Source: Eledone cirrhosa (lineage: Eukaryota). Taken from it: DNA of 64,000 bases. Each line of letters begins with the position of its first letter. Within the stretch, counting starts at the first letter, position 1. This document shows positions 37,930 to 51,086 of the stretch, one piece after another. The notes under the pieces are model-generated. The model was not told where the DNA came from. It did not search any database and was given only the letters and a program-made list of their open reading frames with translations. Location: the NCBI GenBank assembly GCA_964016885.1, contig OZ024740.1:247318001-247382000 (forward strand), in the 5' to 3' direction. Position numbers and translations under genes: made by a program.

Positions 37930-40900
37930 ATAATTATAGGGAGGGATGAATTATAAATATCTATACATAACTATACATTTGGGCATAGCTACACGATAGA
38001 GTAAACCCGAATCATTGAATTATTGAATTATCTAGAAATATTCATCAATCTAAATCCTAAATATAACTGGGGGTAATCAATAAAGGTTAATTTCCTTAGT
38101 TAATTAGTTGTATATATTATCAAAACGAATCCGGTTGACTGTTAACTTTCAAATCATTTAAGTTAGTTCAGCGTAATGAATTAATTAAAGTGTATAATAT
38201 TTCAGGCTATAAAAGTTTATAAATATCTATATTAATATTAAAGTATACTATCATATTTAATTTATAAAATCATATTTTATGAATTCATATTTAAGCGATT
38301 TGCAAACATGAGAGAGAAGACATGCTATTTTTCATCCTCTCGAAGGTAATTCTTATTAATTCTATTATAATATATTTAATTATTTATATTGAAGATAATT
38401 CGCATTATATAATTATGAAATAATTACAGTTATAATAAAAAAAAATTCAGATTAACAATTAGAATGCCTTAAAGCATCAAAAGGCCTTATAATTAAACTT
38501 AAAAAAGTTTATTATTAAATTAGATATATGCATTTGTCTAAATATAAACAAAGATTATATTGTCTAAAGATTAAGATGATACCTATCATTTATATATAAC
38601 ATAATATAATACAATAAATAAGTTACTGATAATATTGTTAAAAATTAAGGTTTTAGATCAATTATTATAATAATGTCATGTAACACATTTATACTATAAA
38701 TATACAAGTCAAACTTCTTGAATCATACGGATAAGAATCTGATTCAAAGTAAAAAAGTGAATTGTCTGCAATCTTAGATTTTCTTTATAAATTTATATAG
38801 TAGTATGATGTGTCTGCAAACATGAGAAAGGGAAAGCCTAAGGATATCGTTGACCCGAAGGTAAGCCAAATTAAATACAATAAAATAAAATAATAATCGT
38901 TATATAACTTAGAAAATTTAGAAAATATTTAGAACATATTTAACGATTATAACACTAGAAAATCATTAACGTATCTAAAGTACTTATCAATAATAATCGT
39001 TATATAACTTAGAGAGTTTAGAAAATATTTAGAAAATATTTAACGATTATAACACTAGAAAGTCATTAAAGTATTTAAAGTAATAATAAATGTAACTAGA
39101 AGCATGTTATTATACTAGATATACAGATTTGTTCAAATATAAATAGAATATTCCTGATATTAGTGATCGATATACATTATAATAAATAATTAGTACAATC
39201 ATTGTTAGTAATGTTATAATTGAAGTTTTACATCAAGTTAAGTGGAAAAAGTTTGTCGACTAGTATGTACCGTAAATATATATAAATAAAAATATATAAA
39301 TAAAACTTCCTGAATCGTGAAACATACTTCAAATGAATAAATATACAAAAACATAAAGGCATGAATGATTTACGGTACATTATAATTGTTAGGCGTATAA
39401 GCCATATAATTAGAAAAATATATAGTCAAAAATTAAATATATCTTAACAATCAAAAGATATGCACATTCCTCAAGAGATCATGTTAACCAATAATGTGTT
39501 TATATACCTAAACAGGACCCTTTAATCTAACATTAATCATATCATAAAAGAAAAAAAAAGAAAAATTATTAAAGTTTTATAATCCGTTATAACGTTTTAG
39601 GTACACAGTTGATAAGAGACGTCAAAAATTAGAACCTGCTTATTTAGTGTTTTTTCCTGACTTTTTGCGAGGCTTGGAATATAGACAAAGCTTTATGAAG
39701 GCAGTTTGAGAACAATTCACTCTTTTTGTTAATTAAATTTTCACAATCAATAATTAATAAAAGGGTCTCCATCGTACAGAGGTTGCAGTTAGGTGATATT
39801 GACGAATTCAAATAAATTCTACTATTACATAACTTCGCCCAAGAAATCGAGTATTTTAAGTTTTTGTCTTTTAATGACTATATAAGTTGTGATAAAGAAG
39901 TCTAAGATTTCCTATGAGGATTCGAAAAAGAGCATTTGTGATTCGCAAATCTTGATTTAAATGTCGAAGAAGTTGCACCTAAATAGTTGTATGTGATGTT
40001 ATTTGCTTTTACGGTGCATTTATATACCAGATTGCTATCAAGACAGTTATTTTGCAGAGGGCAATGTGGTCTATTTCTACAATTACACTTCGATTTATTG
40101 TTATTACTATAAATTGTACTATTTACATTAACATTATTAGTATTCCGAAATGTTCTATTGATTGCGATGTTATTGTTATTTCTAGTGTCAATATTGCTAG
40201 TGTTATTATATTCATTATCGTTAAATGTATGTTGATTTAGAATTCTACTATTTATTTTAGCGATGTTTTGGGCCATATTCATATTTGTAGAATAAGAAAG
40301 CTTAATTGTGTGTCTGTTAAATATGGAACGGTATTTATGTTGAATGGGGAAGGAGTTAACTAAAGCTTTAAAGAATAGATTTGCGAGTCAGTTTTTATTG
40401 CTACAGAAGCCGGGGGAGGGGGGGACCATATAACTGATTTAGTTCTGATTTATTTTCCCGATTTATTTATGGCAGTGGTGTTTGTATTAAAAATTTTAAA
40501 ATCTCGTTTATACATGTTAATCTTATTAGGATTATAATTCAAATTATTATCCATATATTCTATATTATTTTTATAACCTGCCTTTCGTAGCGCGTCATTA
40601 TAATATCCTGCTTTTTCATCAAATATGGATTTATTAGCTGATATTCTAGTTATGCGTTTCTGTACACTATTGACTATTGCGTTTTTCACAGATTTAGGGT
40701 GATTAGAGTAATAGCTAACATAGTTTAAGTTTTCATTGGGCTTATGGAAAGGGTAATAAAAACCTGAGTTTAAGTTAAGGGTAACGTCAAGGAAATTAAC
40801 TATTTTGGTACTACTTTCAACTTCTAATTTAAGGTCGTAATTTTTAAAGAATTCAATTATAGTTTTCTTAACCCTATTTAGTTCTGTATTGCTATGTTTG

Positions 40901-42710
40901 ATAACCGTAAATAATATATTGTCCCTATATAAACCACCGTTAATCTCCGGCAGTTTTCTATTTACCATATTTAAGATGAAAATCCCCAGAAGATCCGTGA
41001 CCTGCGCTGAGTCCGATGATCCCATGGTAATCTCAAAGTTTCTATTCCTATCTGAACGCGTCCAATATTCATTGTTGAAATTAATTCGAGTTCTTCTAGC
41101 TGTTAATATGATATTGATTTCATACGTAGTTATATCTGTATGTTTGTAAGCATAAGATAACGCCTTATTTAATAGGTTAGGTGTAATAGAAGAAGAATCG
41201 CTTGCTATGTCCATTTGGATGAATTTGTGATATTTCTTAATCTCTATATTTTAAAACCAGTCAATCATCTCATTAGTGTCCTTCCATAAGCTCAATTTAG
41301 ACTTCAATTTCAGAGTAGGTAGAATTCTATCAATAATATTCTTACTGATTACTCCAATATCCGATTTAGATGGAGCAATCAGTCTAACTGGCAGGTCTTC
41401 CTCAAAGTTTCTTTTGTGATCCTTAAAATTTATCCTCAGCTGTCTAGGTATGAAAGGCTCAGTTCGTCCTTCAATTCCAAATTTTGCTATTAATTTAAAT
41501 GCATCATTATTGATGTCTGTAAGATCTTCGGCCGGGGCTTTTCTATAATTTTTCCTTAGTTCTTTTAAAATTAAATCATTATATTCATCTTTATTTATGC
41601 CATATAAATTGTTGGTTTTGTCCGACTTCACCAATATTTTATTAACTTTTTTTATATCCAAGATTTTTTCTTTTAGAGTTCTAAGGTATTGGTGACCTAT
41701 ATATGGGTTTTTCCCGAATTTAATTTGTTTTAATATATTGAGCATTTCAGTTTCAAAATCCTCCAGGAGTTTGTTGTATGGAGAAATTTTTCTGGATTTA
41801 AAGATAGTTTCGAAATAATTGCTGTTGCTTTTCCTTTTAGCTTCTTTATTATCGAAATGAAATGCACCCCATCTCACTCTTCTTATAAAAGAGTTTGTTT
41901 GCTCTATAAGTTTCCTCAGGTATTCTTCATTAGATGGTATAGGTATATCCTTGAGAGATGTTGGGAATGTGAAGAATTCCATTATTTATTAAATTTACAA
42001 TCTGTTGTATAGAAAAGTGCTCAACCTTCTGGGAGCTAGTTATATTTAAAGGTTAAACAAGGTTCAATGAATAAATCAAAGAATTAGTTTTAAAATAAAT
42101 TGGAAGCACTCAACAGTTTTGGTTTTGCGGAGTTATTAATATTAATGAAAAATATTAACAAAAAAACTTCTTGTGATCAAGTATATTTTATTATACATAT
42201 TTCAGAGGTACTGAGCTAACTTCAACAGTACCTCCTCATCAGATAGTATAAGATGATGCATGACATACCCTGACATAGTAGATGGTTAAGATACAGTCAT
42301 CGTAGTGAGTAAGATATGACAAACCACAATATTAAGATTGATACATGAAAAAACTTATATATAATACATATAATACAGAGGGTGCGTGTAAGAAAGCTTA
42401 AAAATACATAACAGTAATTTACATAACTGTTAGAGATTCTAATAATTATTGAAGAAAGAGTAAAGAAAAAAGACAGAGAGAAAACAGATGAGGGGAAATA
42501 TAGCTAGAAGAGGTATAAAGAGCAAAAGAGAATTGATCAAGGAAAAGGAGACAAATAGGAATAATTATAATTATAGGGAGGGATGAATTATATATATCTA
42601 TACATAACTATACATTTGGGCATAGCTATGCGATAGAATAAACTCGAATCATTGAATTTTTGAATTATCTAGAAATATTCATCAATCTAAATCCTAAATC
42701 TAAATCCTAA
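37930..42710 (-). mobile_element. Naiad PLE (family A), left inverted copy; ORF ~41982 to ~39640, disrupted
   Basis: SLKDIPIPS, KSDKT, FKDHK, RLIAPSKSDIG, MGSSD, GLYRD, CNCRNRPHCPL. Hammerhead core TCATCAG at 42236-42242. Lacks the last ~430 bp of the 3' pLTR. Confidence 0.9.
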
Positions 42711-43938
42711 ATCTTTAGACAATATAATCTTTGTTTATATTTAGACAAATGCATATATCTAATTTAATAATAAACTTTTTTAAGTTTAATTATAAGGCCT
42801 TTTGATGCTTTAAGGCATTCTAATTGTTAATCTGAATATTTTAAAATCATAACTGTAATTATTTTATATATTATATAATGCGAATTATCTTCAATATAAT
42901 ATAAATAATTAAATATATTATAATAAAATTAATAAGAATTACATTCGAGAGGATGAATAATAGCATGTCTTCTCTCTCATGTTTGCAAATAGTTTAAATA
43001 TGAATTCATAAAATATGATTTCATAAATTAAATATGATAGTATACTTTAATATTAATATAGATATTTATAAACTTTTATAGCCTGAAATATTATACACTT
43101 TAATTAATTCATTACTCTGAACTAACTTAAATGATTTGAAAGTTAACGGTCAACCGGATACGTTTTGATAGTATATACAACTAATTAACTATGGAAATTA
43201 ACCTTTATTGATTACACCCAGTTATATTTAGGATTTCGAGTGATGAATATTTCTAGATAATTTAATAATTCAATGATTCTATCGTGTAGCTATGCCCAAA
43301 TGTATAGTTATGTATAGATATATATAATTCATCCCTCCCTATAATTATAATTATTCCTTGATCAATTCTCTTTTGCTCTCTATACCTCTTCTAGCTATAT
43401 TTTCCCCTCATCTCTTTTCTCTCTGTCTTTTTTCTTTCCTCTTTCTTCAATAATTATTTGAATCTCTAACAGTTATGTAAATTACTGTTATGTATGTTTA
43501 ACCTTGCTTACACGCACCCTCTGTATTATATGTATTATATGTATTATATGTAAGTCTTTTCATGTATCAATCTTAAGGGATATAAATATTGAGTTTTGTC
43601 ATATCTTACTCATTACCATGACTGGATCTTAACCATCTACTATGTCAGGGTATGTCATACATCATCTTATTTTATCTGATAAGGACGTACTGTTGAAGTT
43701 AGCTCAGTACATCTGAAATATGTATAATAAAATATACTTGATCACAAGAAGTTCTATTTTTGTTAATATTTTTAATTAATATTAATAACTCCGCAAAACC
43801 AAAACTGTTGAGTGCTTCCAATCTATTGTAAAACTAATTCTTTTATTTATACATTGAACCTTGTTTAACCTTTAAATATAACTAGCTCCCAGAAGGTTGA
43901 GCACTTTTCTATACAACAGATTGTAAATTTAATAAATA

Positions 43939-46140
43939 ATGGAATTCTTCACATTCCCAACATCTCTCAAGGATATACCTATACCATCTAATGAAGAATA
44001 CCTGAGGAAACTTATAGAGCAAACAAATTCTTTTATAAGAAGAGTGAGATGGGGTGCATTTCATTTCGATAATAAAGAAGCTAAAAGGAAAACCAACAGC
44101 AATTATTTCGAAACTAACTTTAAATCCAGAAAAATTCCTCCATACAACAAACTCCTGGAGGATTTTGAAACGGAAATGCTCAATATATTAAAAAAAATTA
44201 AATTCAGGAAAAACCCATATAATTTTAAAAGAACTAAGGAAAAATTATAGAAAAGCCCCGGCCGAAGATCTTACAGACATCAATAATGATGCATTTAAAT
44301 TAATAGCAAAATTTGGAATTGAAGGACGAACTGAGCCTTTCATACCTAGACAGCCGAGGATAAATTTTAAGGATCACAAAAGAAACTTTGAGGAAGACCT
44401 GCCAGTTAGACTGATTGCTCCATCTAAATCGGATATTGGAGTAATCAGTAAGAATATTATTGATAGAATTCTACCTACTCTGAAATTGAAGTCTAAATTG
44501 AGCTTATGGAAGGACACTAATGAGGTGATTGACTGGTTTTAAAATATAGAGAATAAGAAATATCACAAATTCATCCAAATGGACATAGCAAGCTATTCTT
44601 CTTCTATTACACCTAACCTATTATATAAGGCGTTATCTTATGCTTACAAACATACAGATCTAACTACGGATGAAATTGATATCATATTAACTACTAGAAA
44701 AACTCTAATTAATTTCAACAATGAATATTGGACCCGTTCAGATAGGAATAGAAACTTTGACATTACCATGGGATCATCTGACCCAGCACAAGTTAGGGAT
44801 CTTCTGAGGATTTTCATCTTAAATATGCTAAATAGAAAACTACCGGAGATTTCCGGTGGTTTATATAGGGACGATATTTTATTTACGGTTGTCAAACATA
44901 GCAATACAGAACTAAATAGGGTTAAGAAAACTATAATTGAATTCTTTAAAAATTACGACCTTAAATTAGAAGTTGAAACTTAATTTCCTTGACGTTACCC
45001 TTAACTTAAACTCAGGTTTGTATTACCCTTTCCATAAGCCCAATGAAAACTTAAACTATGTTAGCTATTACTCTAATCACCCTAAATCTGTGAAAAACGC
45101 AATAGTCAATAGTGTACAGAAACGCATAACTAGAATATCAGCTAATAAATCCATATTTGATGAAAAAGCAGGATATTATAATGACGCGCTACGAAAGGCA
45201 GGTTATAAAAATAATATAGAATATATGGATAATAATTTGAATTATAATCCTAATAAGATTAACATGTATAAACGAGATTCTAAAATTTTTAATACAAACA
45301 CCACTGCCATAAATAAATCGGGAAAATAAATCAGAACTAAATCAGTTATATGGTCCCCCCCTCCCCCGGCTTCTGTAGCAATAAAAACTGACTCGCAAAT
45401 CTATTCTTTAAAGCTTTAGTTAACTCCTTCCCCATTCAACATAAATACCGTTCCATATTTAACAGACACACAATTAAGCTTTCTTATTCTACAAATATGA
45501 ATATGGCCCAAAACATCGCTAAAATAAATAGTAGAATTCTAAATCAACATACATTTAACGATAATGAATATAATAACACTAGCAATATTGACACTAGAAA
45601 TAACAATAACATCGCAATCAATAGAACATTTCGGAATACTAATAATGTTAATGTAAATAGTACAATTTATAGTAATAACGATAAATCGAAGTGTAATTGT
45701 AGAAATAGACCAGATTGCCCTCTGCAAAATAACTGTCTTGATAGCAATCTGGTATATGAATGCACCGTAAAAGCAAATAACATCACATACAACTATATAG
45801 GTGCAACTTCTTCGACATTTAAATCAAGATTTGCGAATCACAAATGCTCTTTTTCGAATCCTCATAGGAAATCTTAGACTTCTTTATCACAACTTATATG
45901 GTCATTAAAAGACAAAAACTTAAAATACTCGATTTCTTAGGCGAAGTTATGTAATAGTAGATTCTATTTGAATTCGTCAATATCACCTAACTGCAACCTC
46001 TGTACGATGGAGACCCTTTTATTAATTATTGATTGTGAAAATTTAATTAACAAAAAGAGTGAATTGTTCTCAAACTGTCTTCATAAAGCTTTGTCTATAT
46101 TCCAAGCCTCGCAAAAAGTCAGGAAAAAACACTAAATAAG
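43939..46140 (+). pseudogene. Naiad RT + GIY-YIG ORF (deletions, stops, frameshifts)
   Basis: ORF pieces 43939-44250, 44579-44983 (GLYRDD), 44973-45329 and 45497-45877 (CxCx5C, LVY...YIG). Confidence 0.9.
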
Positions 46141-48189
46141 CAGGTTCTAATTTTTGACGTCTCTTATCAACTGTGTACCTAAAACGTTATAACGGATTAT
46201 AAAACTTTAATAATTTTTCTTTTTTTTTCTTTTATGATATGATTAATGTTAGATTAAAGGGTCCTGTTTAGGTATATAAACACATTATTGGTTAACATGA
46301 TCTCTTGAGGAATGTGCATATCTTTTGATTGTTAAGATATATTTAATTTTTGACTGGGATTCTTGTATATATATTTTTCTAATTATATGGCTTATACGCC
46401 TAACAATTATAATGTACCGTAAATCATTCATGCCTTTATGTTTTGTATATTTATTCATTTGAAGTATGTTTCACGATTCAGGAAGTTTGATTTATATATT
46501 TTTATTTATATATAATTACGGTACATACTAGTCGACAAACTTTTTCCACTTAACTTGATGTAAAACTTCAATTATAACATTACTAACAATGATTGTACTA
46601 ATTATTTATTATAATGTATATCGATCACTAATATCTGGAATATTCTATTTATATTTGAACAAATCTGTATATCTAGTATAATAACATGCTTCTAGTTACA
46701 TTTATAAGTACTTTAAATACTTTAATGACTTTCTAGTGTTATAATCGTTAAATATTTTCTAAATATTTTCTAAACTCTCTAAGTTATATAACGATTATTA
46801 TTGATAAGTACTTTAGATACTTTAATGATTTTCTAGTGTTATAATCGTTAAATATGTTCTAAATATTTTCTAAATTTTCTAAGTTATATAACGATTATTA
46901 TTTTATTTTATTGTATTTAATTTGGCTTACCTTCAGGTCAACGATATCCTTAGGCTTTCTCTTTCTCATGTTTGCAGACACATCATACTACTATATAAAT
47001 TTATAAAGAAAATCTAAGATTGCAGACAATTCACTTTTTTACTTTGAATCAGATTCTTATCCGTATGATTCAAGAAGTTTGACTTGTATATTTATAGTAT
47101 AAATGTGTTACATGACATTATTATAATAATTGATCTAAAACCTTAATTTTTAACAATATTATCAGTAACTTATTTATTGTATTATATTATGTTATATATA
47201 AATGATAGGTATCATCTTAATCTTTAGACAATATAATCTTTGTTTATATTTAGACAAATGCATATATCTAATTTAATAATAAACTTTTTTAAGTTTAATT
47301 ATAAGGCCTTTTGATGCTTTAAGGCATTCTAATTGTTAATCTGAATTTTTTTTATTATAACTGTAATTATTTCATAATTATATAATGCGAATTATCTTCA
47401 ATATAAATAATTAAATATATTATAATAGAATTAATAAGAATTACCTTCGAGAGGATGAAAAATAGCATGTCTTCTCTCTCATGTTTGCAAATCGTTTAAA
47501 TATGAATTCATAAAATATGATTTTATAAATTAAATATGATAGTATACTTTAATATTAATATAGATATTTATAAACTTTTATAGCCTGAAATATTATACAC
47601 TTTAATTAATTCATTACGCTGAACTAACTTAAATGATTTGAAAGTTAACAGTCAACCGGATTCGTTTTGATAATATATACAACTAATTAACTAAGGAAAT
47701 TAACCTTTATTGATTACCCCCAGTTATATTTAGGATTTAGATTGATGAATATTTCTAGATAATTCAATAATTCAATGATTCGGGTTTACTCTATCGTGTA
47801 GCTATGCCCAAATGTATAGTTATGTATAGATATTTATAATTCATCCCTCCCTATAATTATAATTATTCCTATTTGTCTTCCTTTCCTTGATCAATTCTCT
47901 TTAGCTCTCTATACCTCTTCTAGCTATATTTTCCCTGTCATCTGTTTTCTCTCTGTCTTTTTTCTTTACTCTTTCTTCAATAATTATTGGAATCTCTAAC
48001 AGTTATGTAAATTATTGTTATGTATTTTTAAGCTTTCTTACACGCACCCTCTGTATTATATGTATTTTATGTAAGTTTTTTCATGTATCAATCTTAAGGT
48101 ATATAAATATTGAGTTTTGTCATATCTTACTAACTACCATGACTATATCTTAACCATCTACCATGTCAGGGTATGTCATGCATCGTTTC

Positions 48190-48254
48190 ATTTTATCTGA
48201 TGAGGAGGTACTGTTGAAGTTAGCTCAGTACCTCTGAAATATGTATAATAAAAT
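48190..48254 (+). ncRNA. Minimal hammerhead ribozyme (intact core)
   Basis: ATTTTAT-CTGATGA-GGAGGTACTG...CAGTACCTCT-GAAA-TATGTA-TA-ATAAAAT. The 5' pLTR copy (43676) has CTGATAA. Confidence 0.8.
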
Positions 48255-48283
48255 ATACTTGATCACAAGAAGTTCTATTTTTG

Positions 48284-48329
<46 letters not shown>

Positions 48330-49117
48330 TACAGAGTAGAGAGTTTGGCAACAGGTCAGTGACTTTAGTATACAAGGGTAATGACATGTGTAAATGTAAA
48401 TGTGGTGGTAGGGAGAGAGTACAGACGTTATTGTGGTGGCGGGGGCAGTGAGATGTATCTAGTTCATTTGTCCGTTTTCTTCTCTTTGCAAAATTTGAAT
48501 TTTAGCCATGTTATATTGTAATGTAAGTAAATGTAAAATGTAAAAATCTAAGTAAGGATTGCTCTGGCAAAATACACGAAAATATTTGTGTAACTTCCAC
48601 AAACTTCTGTCATGATATTCCCGAGTCCGGTGAGCAAACATTTGTTGTATTTTGATGTTTCAGAATACAAAAATTAATGAAAAACGTACCCCACGAAAAC
48701 ACAGCGTGTGTTGTCCTATCTATAAGCTCCCTACCATCTATAAGCTCCCTACCAACAAAGAAAATACATGGGTTAAGGTGCACTGATTCATACCTACATA
48801 ATACATACTTACACACACACGCGCGCACACACACACACGCACGCACACACACACACACACACACACACGCGCGCGCGCGCGTGCGCTTACGACGTGCACA
48901 ACTATAACTCTTTTTACAAAACGGTTTTTTTTTTCATTTCAGGTAGACGCGCTCCATCATCCACTTTTCTAAAAAATAAATCATACACCAGCGTTATATT
49001 AAGCGTTAACTTAATATATCCCTTCCATATACTGTACCGATTGTGTTGTTATTTCTGTTTACCTTTTACATACATACATATATATAATAGTAAAAAGGAA
49101 AAAAACCACAATAGAAA

Positions 49118-49965
49118 ATGCTAGAGGGATTTTTCTCAGAATAACATCAAAACATTTATTTACAAAATAGGGATTTCCGCATTTAATTGTACCGGTTTCA
49201 GCTTTATATGCTTTTTCAACGATGGAAGTCTATAGTGCATTTAAATTGCATATCAATAAAAAATAATAAGAAAATGGAGAAAAACTCTTTTAGTTTTTAC
49301 ATACATATTTAGGGAGGAAAGTTCATATTTTTGTTAATAGTTTTCTTTCGTTCTCTGTTAGTGTTGACCGACAGTAGTGGTAGCAGTTTAAATTGTTGGC
49401 TTCGACTGTAGTGGTAGTATGGGGGCTAGAAAAAATTACTTCCTCAGTCATCTCTAAGGTCACTCAATCATCTAAGCCAATCCTACGTACAGCTCACTTT
49501 ACCATTATTAACAGTGACACTATTACCACTACAGCTGCTTGCCGTCTCCTGCTTAACCCACCCCTTCTCCGTCTTCCTCTTCCTTACCATAGCCCTGGTA
49601 TTACTACCACACCTATCCCCTGTCACTCCCTCCCCTTCTTAGTCGTCTTATTCTTCTCCTCCTCCCTCACTTCTTCTCCTGCTTTTTCTCCTTCCACTTC
49701 TACCCCCACTACTACCACTACAGTCGAAGCCAACAATTTGCTACCACCACTGTGGGTCAACACGAACAGAGAATGAAAGAAAACTACGGACAAAAATGTT
49801 TTTCTTCCATTTTCTTATTATTCTTATTAATATGCAATTTAACTGCATTAAACACTTCCATCGTTGAAAAAGCATATAAAGCTAAAACCGGTACAATTAA
49901 GTGCGGAAATCCCTATTTTGTAAATAAATGTTTTGATGTTATTCTGAGAAAAAATCCCTCTAGCA
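49118..49965. repeat. Fold-back PLE derivative, arms ~49118-49425 / ~49702-49965
   Basis: Reverse-complement arms carrying a TTGAAAA-type hammerhead motif. Confidence 0.8.
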
Positions 49966-51086
49966 TATATATATTATATTTAGTGCAACTTTCTCTATTA
50001 CAAACATATATATTGTTAGCACTCCAAGTCTTTGTTGAGTGAGCAGCTAGACTACGGAAAATCTTTCCTATCGTTCTGGATAACATTACATCTACTCAGC
50101 AAACCTAGACCTCTTTTTTCCAACATTGTCTTTTACCTCCACCACTTCACCCATACAATTACCTCTCTGTTCACGCTATACACAGGCTAAATGTTAATCA
50201 CTCTGTTCACACTATGTCCAGATTCGGTCACCTACTCACACGCGTGCATTCGGTCACCTACTCACCCCCAAGGTATACCCACACACTTTAATCCACAACC
50301 GAGCACATTTGTGTAACGTCATAACATAGTACGCGCATGTATCGTAGGAATCTGACATACAGCATCGATGTCCGCCTGCGACCATTAAAAATCCTGCGGA
50401 TATATATCTCTTGTGCGTGTATGTGCGCTTATTTTTTATTCATTTTTATTATTCTTTTGTCTGCACGTGCGTACTCGCATAACCATGCGGATTTGTTTCC
50501 ATTTTTTCATTTATTCCCGATCGTATCTAACTTTACCTGTCTATATAATTAGATTGGATATCTGCGTGCTTGTATACATGTGTTATTTGCATGTGTATCT
50601 ACACGTGTGTGTATGTACATGCGAGCATATATATATATATATAACAAATAGTTTTATCGCTCTACATGGCTGAATACAAGAAACATAAATCTGAGTTTTT
50701 CGAATATTAATAATAATATTCGATTCGTTGGCAATTATGCAATCAGCCTCTTAAGACAAGTAAGTAGAATAACCTCGTCATTCTCGCTCTTGTGTTGGGA
50801 TAGAAACAGAATGGGCCTGCTCTGAGTATGCGTCTGTAAATTGAAGATGGAAAACAGGGAGAGGGCACTTGCCCTGGTAGTCAGGGTCACCGTGGCTTTT
50901 TTAATGGGCTTTCTCCACGAGTGTCCCTCGGAAGTCACCCCCCTCCCCTATTGGGGAATTTTCCTTTGTTTGTTTTTTCTCATTTCCTTTGTTTTTTCTT
51001 TACACGCAGAAATGCCCATCTGTACCGTCCTGTGCTGTCCTTAATGTTATAATTTATGTCAACCCTTGTGGTTAATAAAGAAAACA

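Larger units (their letters stand above)
42711..48289 (+). mobile_element. Full-length Naiad PLE (family A) with ~1.07-kb direct pLTRs (42711-~43768; ~47219-48289)
   Basis: Direct repeats flank the ORF region; ends in (TA)n. Confidence 0.9.

Noticed and set aside
44540-45877. Shared TAA/TAG stops as stop-codon reassignment or read-through
   Set aside because: They come with a shared frameshift and arm-private stops at Trp codons; decay plus copying is simpler.
48137-48180. ATGA...AA hairpin upstream of the hammerhead as a SECIS
   Set aside because: CATGAC pairs Watson-Crick with GTCATG; there is no G.A/A.G quartet.
37930-48289. Palindrome as a fold-back library artefact
   Set aside because: The arms differ by many substitutions and indels and the centre is asymmetric. 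Long-read confirmation is still advisable.
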